A stretch of DNA of 47,806 nt from Paramoeba atlantica (taxonomy: Eukaryota > Protista > Discosea), in the NCBI GenBank assembly GCA_977017575.1, contig CDRNVI010000186.1, positions 1 to 47,806 on the forward strand, in the 5' to 3' direction. Positions 22,670 to 34,600 of this stretch are shown one piece after another; within the stretch, counting starts at the first letter, position 1; every line of letters begins with the position of its first letter. Made by a program: the position numbers and the translations under genes. The notes under the pieces were generated by a model that was not told the DNA's origin, did no database searches, and worked only from the letters and a program-made list of their open reading frames with translations.

Positions 22670-25600
22670 ATGTCTCGTTTGCAAAGACAGAATCGTCAGA
22701 GGGAATTGTGGTCTTTTGATTCTAGAGAGGAGAAGGAGGAGAAAGAGAGAGAGAAAGAGAGAGAGAAAGAGAAAGAGGAGGAAAAGAAAAGAGATTTGGA
22801 TGAGGATGGGAAAGAAATGGAAGTTGGGAAAGATCTAGAGAAAGAAAAGGAAAAGGAAAATAGGTTGAAGGAAAAGGAAAAAGATCTAGAAAAAGAAAAA
22901 GAAACAGAAAACAGATCAAAGGAAAAGGAAAAAGAAAGAAAAGAAAAAGAAAAAGAAAAAGAAAAACCAAAACAAGAAACGCACCAAAACAAAGGGGTTG
23001 TCTTCCTCTGGGGGAGAAAAGCAAAAGATGAAGAAAAAGAAAAAGAAAAAGAAAAAGAAAAAGAAAGCAAAAGAGTATTTCGAAAACTATTTGGAACTTT
23101 GGAAGTTTCTTTGATGGCAACAGGAGGAAATCATCTCGTTTTTTTGACTTCTTGTGGAAGAGTTTTCGTCTCTGGTAGTAATTCTTCTGGTCAACTTGGT
23201 GTTTCGATGTTTGTTTTTTGTTTTTTTATTTTATTTCTTTTTTCTTTTATCTTTTTTCTATTTTCTTTTTTCTTTTTTCTTTTTTCTGGGGGTTTCTCTT
23301 TTTTAAAATCTTTTTATTTCTCTCTCTTCCATAAAAGTGAATCAACGACATATTCATCAAAACCACTCTTCCTCAAAGATTCAGTTGGACTTGAAGTTGA
23401 TTCAATTGTTTGTGGCCCACAACAAACTGGTTTGATTGTTGCCCCAACATTAATAGCAAAGGTTCTTTTTTTTTTGAAAGAAAAAGAAAAAGAAAAAGAA
23501 AAAGAAAAAGAAGTTGTTGTAAGAATCATTGCTTTTTGACTCTTTCTTTCCCTCTTCTCTCTCTTCTCTTCTCCCTCTTCTCTTCTCTTCTCTCTCAATC
23601 AAAATTAACCATCAAATCCAGAAACGATTGTTAGGAAAACAAGCAACCATCAACAAAGATTTGCACATGTGTGGTTTTAATCCTTCAACTCAAAAAGCAG
23701 TTGATCGTCTCTTTCGATTTGAAGATTGGAAGAGTATTGCTTCGAAGGGAAATATTACACTCTCTCAGGTTTTTTTTTTTTTTTTTTTTTTTGAAAATCA
23801 TTTTTGTTTTTTTTTCTTTTTGTTTTGTTTTTGTTTTTTGTTTTTGTTTTATTTTCTTTTCACTTTTTTTTCTTTTTGGAATCTTTCTTTCTCTTTTGTT
23901 CACACTTTTAATCAAAAAGGTTGTTTTTGGAGAAACACATGTTAGTGTCTTAGTTATGAATCAACTTCAAGAATCAGAAGTCTGGTCATGGGGTTTCTCT
24001 TCTGATTGTCTTCTAGGTTCTATTTTAATTCTTTTAGTCGATCCTTTTCTTCTTTTTGTTTTATTTAAAATGAAAGAAATTAATTTTCAATGTTTTCTCT
24101 CTCTCTCTCTCTCTCTCTCTCTATTAAAAGGGTTTGAATCAACAAAAGTAATTAAAAAACCTCATCTTGTGTCTGGTCTTGTTGGAAAATGGGTTTCTAA
24201 ATTGTCGATTGGAAGTCACTGTGCTGCTGCTGTTACAAAGAATGGCAAGGTTATTTTTTCTTTTCTTTTTTTTTTGTGTGTTTCATTTTCGAAATTTTTC
24301 ACCACCTTTTTTTCTTTTAGATTTATTTATGGGGAGATAATGTTGATGATTGTTTAGGAATTGGAATTGAAACTTCTTCTGTTCCAAATCCAACTTTATT
24401 GTCTCTTCCTGGCATATTTTTTGTTAATGTGTCTTGTGGACATCGTCATACATTAGCAGTGGCATCAGATGGTACAGTCTATTCCTGGGGAAAGAATGAA
24501 AATGGTCAGTTGGGAATTGGAAGTAAGCAACCTGTTTTAGTTCCGACCTCTCTCCCTGATAAGACTTTTAATTGTCGTATTTCTTCTGTGACTGCAGGTT
24601 TTTTTTTTTTCCTAAAAAAATGTCTATTTATTCTTAGTTCGAAAAATAATTTTCTTGTTTGCTTTTACAGGATTCTCGAGGTCGATGGCAATTTCAAAAG
24701 ATGGAAGAGTTTTTTTGTGGGGTTCTGGCGCAGATGGGATGATTGACCCTACTTTGAGTCAAGATTTTTTAGTTCCCCAAGGTTTCGATTCCTTCCCCCC
24801 TTTTTTTATATCTCTTTTCACTCTTTTTGTTCTCTCTCTCTCTTTTATTAAATATTTTTCTTTTATCACAAGTTATCTCATCTCGGCCAGCATCTGTGGT
24901 AATTGGAAACGATTTTACATGCGCAGTCTTTCCTCCAGCATGTCCCTTCGCCAGTGGAAACCAATCTCCTCCACCTGGTCTCTCATTGTCTCTAATTCCT
25001 CCTGGTCTCTTATCCCCTCCCAGTTCCCCTTCGAAATCTGGACAGGCAGATCTCTCTCCAACTTTGAAAGAACCCAAACGACATGTGAGTCCCTTAAAAT
25101 CTCCGACAAAGTTTAAGTTGGCAAAATTAGGTCAAAGCGAAAAAATAGGAGGGAGGAAGATTCAAGGTGGAACCGTTTCAATGAAGGCCCCTCGAACTCG
25201 AAGCCCTATTATCCCAAAGTTGTCTTTGAATTTTGTGAAACCGGGAACAATAGGACCAGGAGCCTCAATTTCCACCTCAACCTCAAATTCTGAGGGTGAT
25301 TTTCTCCCTCCAAACCAGTTTTTTGGAGCAAGTGTTTCATCTCCCTTCTATTCCCCTCAATCATCTCCTAATTCGTCAGGTGAAGAAGGATCCCCACCTT
25401 CCTCTCCGAGAACACCGAGAACTCATTCAACACGGTTATTACGATCTCCTCGAGGAAAAAAACTTGCCCTCTTTCCTCAAAAGGGGAGTGATTACTTTCC
25501 AATGTTGGCTCATTATTTAGGGCTTTTCATTCCAGAATCGCTTCTGCTTCAGATCCAGACTTATTTGAGAGTAAGAGGATTGAAAGATATTTTTGATCTT

Positions 25601-28545
25601 CCTGGGAAAATTTTGCAATCTCATCGAGAATTGTCCGTCAAGCCAAGTCTCCTATTGGACGCTCCTGAAAGATCTACAAAAGGAGAAGTTTCTCAGGAAA
25701 ACAATCCAATCTTTTGTCCCTCGTTTCAAATGTCTTCTGTGATGTGTTGTGTTATTGAGTTGCAGAAATTAGAGGGATTTTCGAAAATGAGGAAGAAGAA
25801 ATGGAGTTCAGGCGAGCAATTTTATCTCTCTATTGTGTCTCAGTATGAATCAGATGCGGATCTTGTTCCTCCTGTCCATCAATCACAATATCGTTCGATT
25901 TCTTTTGAAAATGGATTAACTGATCTGACTTGTTCACTCCCTTTTCTATTTACTCCTTCTTGTCCCTCTATTCTCTTCTGCCTCTACAAAAAGGAAGAGG
26001 AGGGATTTGAGGAAGGTGATGAAATTATTGCCAGAGCTGTGTTTGATCCTCAAACAACATCAGTTGTCTCGAATAAGATGAATTCTGTCACAGTTGAATT
26101 GAGGAGAGGGTTGAAGTTAGTGTTTCAAATCTTTTATGGTGATTGGGGTCCTTCTTTTATTGTTGAAGATTTTCTAAATCCGGAGGAGGAAGACCCAATT
26201 CGGATGGAACAACTTACTCGTATGAGGCTGAATCGGTCAATTGTGAGGCACGGGAAAGAAAAAGAAGAAGAAGAGACGCTAAATGAAAAAAAGAAAGACA
26301 AAGCGAGAGGGAGTCGGATTATAAAGAAGAGAAAAGGTTTCTCAGATTCCGATCAGAGGAGAGACAGATCACTCACATGTGAGTCGTCCGGACCACTCCC
26401 TTCTCGGGGTGCTTCTGAAAAAGATCCTTCTTTCTCATCATCATCAACAAGTTCCCAAAATGGAAATAGGAAGAGTGACGGGGATCAACAACACCAACAG
26501 CTAGTTAATAGTGCAAGAAGAAGGAGGAGTGATCCTTTGATTGAACCAATCTTTGATCAAGCTCCAATGGATATGTTATCTTTAATGGGGGTGAATGGTC
26601 TTTGTATTGAAGATGGAAAAATTACGCATGGTTTTAACCAAGATCTGGTTTTTGCGCTACTTTTTCACCCGAATCCACTCCGTCGCTTCGGAGATATGAT
26701 TGTCTTTTTCGATTCTTTTTATTCTTTTTTGACTGTGGACGAAATTATTGAGAGACTTCAGGAAGTGTTGAAATTGTGGGAAGTTCATGGAGTGAAGAAG
26801 GAAAATGTTGTGAGAAAAGATGGTGAATATGTCATTGAGCTGGGGAAATATTTCTACTCCAACTTAGGAGAATTTTGTCAAATGTGGTTGGAAAGGTTTT
26901 CAGAGGATAACGATGCTGAAGGTGTAAATAAGCTTGTTTCTTTTGTTCAGGACCATCTTTTGGAAAGAAGTCGTTTCATCCCATCTGGAACAGTCAGTCA
27001 AATTAAAGTCCTTCTCAAATCGGTGAATATCCCACTCCAAAGAGCGAATTTAAAATCGTCGGTAGAGCCTGCTGAAGATCTCTCTCTCCTTGAATTTGAT
27101 CCAACTTCGTTTGCGGAGGAAGTGACGATATATCTCCATTCTCATATGCAGAAAGTTGAACCGAAGGAAGTTTTTGGGCTTGCATGGACAAAAACGGATG
27201 CTGATATTCGGGCCCCTCATTTAACTAAAATGATTAATTTTTTTAATAAGTGTTCTAGGTTTTTATTTTGGTTTTATATACTCATTTTATAACTCTCTCC
27301 CTCCCTCCTTTCTTTTTTCTTTTTCTTTTTCTTTCTTAATTTTTTCTTTCTCTTTTCACAGATGGGCTGTTCATGGAATTCTGAGTGGCGAATCTCCCGT
27401 TGAAAGAGCTGCGAGAATCGAGCATGTTATCACAATCCTCACAACATTTCTCAGTTTAAACAATTTACATGGAGCCTTAATGATTTATACAGCATTGATT
27501 CACTCTTCGATTGACCGGTTCCTCTTTTTTTCTTTTCACTTTTCTCTTTTTCTTTAATATCTCAAGATCACTTTTTCGTTTTCTTTTTTTTATCTTCAGA
27601 TTAAAATCTTCTTGGGCAATGGTTGCTCCCGCCAAAATGGAAGAACATAAAGTTGCTGCGAATTTATTTGATAGTTCAATGAATTGGAAAAATTATCGAG
27701 AAACATTGAGTGACCTTTTCCCACCTGCTGTGCCTTATGTAGGACTTTGCCTTCAAGATTTGACTTTTGTTGAAGAAGGAAATCAAGATTGGGTCGGGGA
27801 TGCAGAGGAAAAAATTGTGAATTTTTACAAGAAGCGTCTCTGGTCTGATGTGGTCCAAACATTGAAAAAATTTCAATCTATTTCTTATCGCCTCGAGGGA
27901 ACAACGTTATCTGCTCATTGTGTGTTGATGTCACGAAGTCTCTCTGATGCAGAATGTTACGAATTATCGTTAAAAGCTGAGCCAAGAGCAAGTTCTTCTT
28001 CAGCTTCTCAAAAATCAGAAAAATCAGGTACTGATACCCTCTCTCGATTGGCTCTCTCTCCAAGGCAAAGAATCAGATCTGGGACTAGTTCACTCCGAGG
28101 ACTCAGTTCTGCAAGGAAACGGCCAAAGACGCCTGTCTTTCCCACCACACAGAGCCAACAACCTGACCAAAAAGAGAAAGATAAGAGATCGATACTTTGT
28201 TCTTCATCTCCTCATGTTGCTGATTTTGATAACGCGAGTTTTAAGGATTTGAAGACACTTTGTGAGAAAGATCAGAATGAGAAGAAGGCTCAGATTATTG
28301 GTGGAAAATTTCCAATCTTTGAGCGAGCGGAAGTCAAGGAACTTTTCGTCGAACTTGAAGAGGATAAAGAAACTCGATTGCGAATATCTTCTGCTCGGGA
28401 TAACAGGCAACCCCAAGAAAAAAAGGAGAAAAACAAGTATGAGAGTCCCAGAGAGTCTTCAAGAGTGTATATGCGTTCTCCACCTGGCTTGTTTGCCCCA
28501 CAACCCTATCTTCAATTGGATGACGGAAGTTCAGGGGGGAAATGA
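22670..28545 (+). CDS. RCC1-repeat plus RasGEF (REM and CDC25) protein with KE-rich N-terminus and a possible C2-like domain
   Basis: RCC1 blades (VSCGHRHTLAVASDGTVYSWGKNENGQLG; ATGGNHLVFLTSCGRVFVSGSNSSGQLG). CDC25 motifs LLEFDPTSFAEEVT, LNNLHGALMIYTAL, PPAVPYVGLCLQDLTFVEEGN, IVNFYK. TGA at 28543-45. Confidence 0.93.
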
Positions 28546-28678
28546 ACCAAAACAAAAAAAAATGTACAAAAAAAAACAAAAGCAAAAATCAAAACACAAA
28601 ATTTGAAAAAGTTTTCCTCCCAATTTTTTGCCTCAATATTTATTTTCTTTTTTTTCATAAAATTTTGGAAAATTTTCC

Positions 28679-31600
28679 TCATCGAAAACCCCGATCATCA
28701 CTCTTCATTGACCTCCGACTCTCAAAACCAACAAGATTAAGGGGGTCATACATCCCAAGACTTGAGGTCATCCTCTTTCTTGAAATACAAAAATTATCGA
28801 GCCTGAAAAAAAACAAAAAAAAAGGTTGAGACTTTTTTTTTAAAAAAATAAAAAGTTCTTTCACAAAAGAAAAACCTTGTAATCCAAAGATCTCTGTCTT
28901 CCTCAGTGACAGCATTCAAATAAAAAGTCCTCTCAGGTGTCGAAACAGTGAAAGCAAGAGGATGTTTCTCTAAAATTCGAGGATTTTGGCAAATTTGAAC
29001 TGTTGAGCCAGGCAAAGAAATTTGTCCTTTGAGAACCAATGCTTCATTTGTGTCATAATACAGAAGGAATCTTTTGTAGAGCACGAACCATCGTTTTTGC
29101 CAGTTCCTCCTTCAAAATAAAACTTTAGTTTTGCAAAGGAAAAAAAAATGAAAAAATAAAAGGGGAAAAAAATGGGCGAAACCGGGAATCGAACCCGGGC
29201 CTCTCGCACCCTAAGCGAGAATTTTACCACTTAACTATTTCGCCATTTGACAAAAGTTTTGCGTTTTGGTTGGATGACATTCATTTTTATCATTATCAAT
29301 GAGAAGGAAACAAAAAGAAACCTATTTTCTCCTTTCTTGAATAAAAATCCAGATAAACTTGGTTCTTGTTGTCCTGTCAACTCATTTTGAAGTTTGAACC
29401 ATTTTGTGATTTTCCCATTTTCACCACTTGGGTTTGACATTTGCGAACAGAGATGGTTGATCTAAGGATGAAGAGTGAGATGGGATTTTTTTGAAATCTT
29501 GTTGACTGAAGAAGAGAAAAAACCTCTTGGTGTGTTGGGTTCTTTGTCCCTTCGTAATATTTTTTTAATGTTCGAAGATCGTCCAATGTTAATTTCTTAC
29601 TCTTCGAGGCGGATCCACAAGTTGACAAGACCTGGAAGTTTTTTTTAAAAAAAATTGAAATTTTTTCAAGGTAGAGAAAGGAAGGGTAAAAACCTTCAAC
29701 CAATCCGAAGCTTCCTTAGCAGTTGCAGCACTAAGATAATTTTCCGCTCTCTTTTCTGGAAACACACAAATACAATTTGTCTTTCCAAAAACTTTTTCGT
29801 CACTGGATGGAGAATTGAATGAGATTTCTTCTTCAATTTTCTCTTTTCTTTCTCTTACCTCAGATGAAATTCAGTGCCGTTGGTCCGGATTCGAGTTTTT
29901 AATACAATTTTGGTTTCATCCAAGAATCCAAAGAGATGCCCCCCTTTTGAAAAGAAGTAAGAAAAATACAGGGAAAAGAAGAGGTGAGTCTGGGGGTAAA
30001 GGAAAAGGAAAAAAGAATTAACCTTGAGCAACAAAATAAATTGTTTCCCATTTACTTTCACTTGCAGACCAAATCATCAGTGGACCTTCTTTCAAGACTG
30101 GACCTAAAAGAAGAAGAATTAGAATTTTTAAAAAATGAAAGAGAGGGGGGACAAAAAAATTACCAATCAGGGGAACTTCAGAGGTTTTTCTTTGGTATGG
30201 TTTTGGACTTTTCTTCTTCCTGTAGAAAAAAAATGAAAAATTATCACCAAAACAAAGAAAAAACAAAACAAACCTTCGTTCAACAGCTCCCTGATTACTT
30301 CTTTGCCTCTTAAAAGAAATAGGGGGCTCGGCCCCTGCGCCAGTACCAGCTGTAACAGCAGCAACAGTTGTTTTCATCTTACTAAAAACTCTCTCTGGAG
30401 GAGGGGGGACACTCCCACTCTGTGTATGGGTAACACTAAAATTTCTTGCAATACCAATCCCACTGTTCCCCAATTTCCCACCACCCGGACTTCTTTCTCG
30501 TGGACTATTACCTCCTCCAAATTCACGAATTCGGGAACAACTAATTTCACTACCGCCACTGCCGCCACTGCTACTGCTACTGCCACTGCCGCCACTGCCT
30601 CCACTGCCGCCACTGCCACCACTGCTGCCACTGCTATTGCTACTGCTACTGCTACTACTACTGTTGCTACTCACTCCACTACCACCACCATCTTGGCCTT
30701 CAATTAATGGACCTTTTCTAACCCCAGGGAAAGCTTCTCCTCTTCTGCCTAAGACAGGTTGATCTTCTCCAGGTTTCAGTCTGCGAGCTGGGCGAACTTT
30801 TTTGATCTCAGAGGAAGTCTTGAGATCAACAGATTCGACCCCACCACTTATCTTCTCACTTGAAGGAAGAAACTTCAAATACTCTCCCATTATCCCCTTA
30901 TTTTCCGTGACAATTTTCAAACATGTCATATTCTTTTTGTTCGCTAATTTCCAATCTACGCCATGTGAACAAAGATGTTCAATAATTTTCTCATTTTCGA
31001 ACTTGCCACGAGTGAGGTCCCGATAAAGAACTTCATGGAGAGGAGTATTGCCTTCATTATTTTGAATATTAGGGTTTGCTTTTCGTAACAAGAGCCAAAT
31101 CGCCAGTTTTGTTTGTCCCGCTTTAATACAATAATGGAGAGGAGTATTTTCTAATTTACATGTTGCATTAAAATTCGCTCCTGCCTCTTCCATTTCTTTT
31201 AACAAATCAAACAATGGCTGTTTTGTAACAATTGAACAGCTCGATCGATTTCGACACAACAAGTGAAGAGGAGTCAACAAATCCTCTTTTCCCTTCCTCT
31301 TCGCATCTTTCGGCGATTTTTTCAGCAAACTTCGGCAAATTTGATACATATCTTTCGAAGCGGTGTCACAGGCACAGTGGAGTGGTGTCCACCCATCAGA
31401 TGGTCGAGGTGCAGGAGAATATTTGAGAAGAAAAAGAGGGAGATATTTAAACTTTTGGGATTCTACGATAAGGTGGAGGGGTGTGGTTTTCAGAACTTCG
31501 ACACATGATTTTTGGATTGTTTCGGGGCTAATTGACTCCATGTATGCATTGATGACCTAAATAAAAAAAGAATGAAATAAATTAATTGGTTTTTTTGAAT

Positions 31601-34600
31601 TATTAGTAAAATTTCAAAAATTTAACCTGTTTTGAATAACCTTCACCAACAGCCTTTTGTAAAACAAGAGCAGGAGGGTCAGTCTCCGCCAACAATTTAT
31701 CCACAATTTTTTGGGCAGTTTCACTTGATTCTCCTACAGCCTCTCTCTCTTTCTCGTCTTGAGATAGAGTTGACCTTATTTTAATTCCAACAATTTGCCA
31801 TTTACTTGGTGATGAGGGTGGCAATTTCTATTTTGAGGTTTCATAAATGAGAAGGGAATTGAGAAAAAAAAAGAGAAAGAAAAGAAAAAGGAACCTCAGA
31901 TCGTTCAGGAAGGTCAGAGCGATCGATGCCAGGTAAATCAAAAATAAATGGACGAGGTTTTACTTCACTTTTAATTCGCATCATTACCACCCACTATTTA
32001 TCATAATGGTGAGAGAAAGTTCTTTCCCTATTCTCTCTCTTTTCTTTGCAAGAACAATTCTTTTTTTACTCAAAATCAATCAAATAATTACTACCTTTTC
32101 ACTTTCTTCATCGATTAATGAACTCAATTGTAACTCATCCCACAATTTCGCTCCACTCATCTTCGTAACATCTTCCTTCTTCAGTTGATTTTCCCCAATT
32201 TCTCTCTTTAAAAGACCGATCACATCAACTAAACTTTGTTGATAATTCATAGAAAAAGCTGTTCTTCTCAGGGCATAGTGGAAGGGAGTGGAATCTGAAG
32301 AGAAGAGGAAAGAATTCAGAAAGAATTCAAAATTCAAAAATGAAATAAAAAAACAAGAAAAATGAAAACAACAATAAAATAAACAAAACAAAAAACAGAA
32401 ACAAAAACAAAAACAAAAATAAAAACCTGTCAAAATAGTCACAACATCAGCATTCACCCCCCAAGCCAACAACTGTTCAATCGCAGTAACATTTCTATAT
32501 CTCGCCGCAAAATGTAAAGCTGTTTCTCCATATGCATTCATTCCATTAATATCGAGTCCTCTCTCTTTCATTTTTGCCATGATTGTTGTCAGTATTTCTT
32601 TTTCGTCTTTCTTGGTTGGGATGTGACAGACCAGAAACATGAGGGCTGTTGTTCCGTCAGAGAGGGAGAGCAATACATCGACCCTTTTTGGTGAGGTTAA
32701 TATTGTGAGAAAGGAAAGCTTCTTTTTTTGGTTGGAAAGGTTGAAATAAAAAAACAAAAACAAAGAATAAATATCACACAAAAAAACTGACACAAATCAT
32801 GATTCTCTCTCTCAAAAAAAAAATTAAAAACAAACTTGGAATTCATAACAAGATAATAAACAATATCAGTCCGCCCCAACATACAAGCAAAAAGTAATGG
32901 TGTCCAATTCCCATCTTGATGATTTAAGACCTCAGATTTCAATGCCTCTTGACACAAAGTAATTGCCTATTTTAGATTTTTTTAATATTTATTTGGATAT
33001 TTTGGTTCTTTTTTTTAGTTTTTTATCACAATTAAACAATTTTTATTTCGAATTTAAAAGAAAAGAAAATTTCTACCTGACTTGAACCAAACTCAATCAC
33101 CGTCAGAAAATCACTATCATGCATAGAACTCGTAGCCGCACTCAATTTTGCCATGTCATCATCAAGAAGGATTTCAATCAAATGATTTGGGTCTGTAGTT
33201 TTGTTAGGGCCAGAAGAAAAATAGAAAAGAAGTGAAAAAAAAAAGGTGAAAAAAAAAGAAAAAAATTACTCTTTGTTGCAACTGTCTCTGCAAATCTTGT
33301 CCTTTGTAATTTTCCTTCTTGGTCAACAAATCTGGTTTAAAATTTTCGAGGTGAAAAAAGAGAGAATTGAGGGGAAAGAAAAAAAGGAGATAAAAAAAAA
33401 GAAATATCCAATCAAAGAAGAAAAAAAACAACTAACATAATAAAAAAACAAAAACAAAAAACAAAAAAGAAAAAAACCTGGCAGTCTTCAACCTCAACCC
33501 CCTCAAACAACCCAAAAGCTTCCCCTCAAAATGAATCCCATTATAAACACAAAAATGAAACATAAAAGAGAAAATAAAAGAGATCCAATCTTCCAAAAAG
33601 AGTTCCATTGCGTGAGTGGTGTGACGAAAGTGGAGATGTCCAATCACTCTTAAAAGACGTTTGAATATCATTTCGATTGTTGGGTTTGGATCATCTGGAT
33701 TTAGAGAAAGAGAAGGAAGAAGTGATGTGAGAAAGTGTCTTTATGATTTCAGAGTAAAGTTGAGAGAAAAGAAAGAAAGAGAGAGAAAAAGAAAGAAATA
33801 GAAAAGAGGGAAGAGAAAAAGAACCAGAAGATTCTCGATTTGAAAGAGATTTTTCTAATTTTTCCATTAACTCTTGAACCCATCCTGATAAACAAGAAAC
33901 CCATGTTGCTGCATTTACTTGCACACTCCTGTTTTTAATTTTTTTTAAATTTTATTCTGGTTCTCTTTCTTCTTCAATCTCCCTCTCGAGAAATAGACAA
34001 AAGAAAAAATATTTTTTTAAAAAAACCTCACAATTTCGTTTGCTTCCCACGCAAATTTCATTGTCGGAGAAATATCCATTGCAGGGCAGTGACAAACAGG
34101 AGCAAAAAGAGAATATCTAGAGAAAAAAGAAAACATTAAACAAAAAAAAATAATAAAAAAACTAAAAATAAATTAAAAATAAATAAAAATGAAAACAAAA
34201 AAAAAACAAAAAAAAAAAACAAAAACAAACATCCTCATAGTAAGATTCCCAGCAATCAGAACACCAGCAATCTTCCACAACAAATCATCCTCCCCAACAG
34301 GAGCAATCGCAGCTTCTCTCATCATTTTCACACCAGTCGAAACCCCCTCCAACATTTGACAAATATAAGAAGAAGGTGGCGCTACCTTTGTTAATAGAGT
34401 TGAAGGACATTTGAATGACGCCACGTGGAATTCTGTTCCCTTTTTTTGGAAGAGTTAGAGGGAAAAATAGAAAAGAAAAGAGAGAATGAGAGAGGGGAGA
34501 GGGCACAATTTAAACCAGCAGATAAGGGGGAACAAAGAAAAATCAAAGAAAATGAAAGAGAAGAAAAACCTCTTCTAAGAGTTCTCGTAATTTTTGATAA

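Noticed and set aside
30540-30700. GGC/AGT trinucleotide-like repeats
   Set aside because: They encode the Ser/Gly linker within a long exon of the giant gene; not an independent element.
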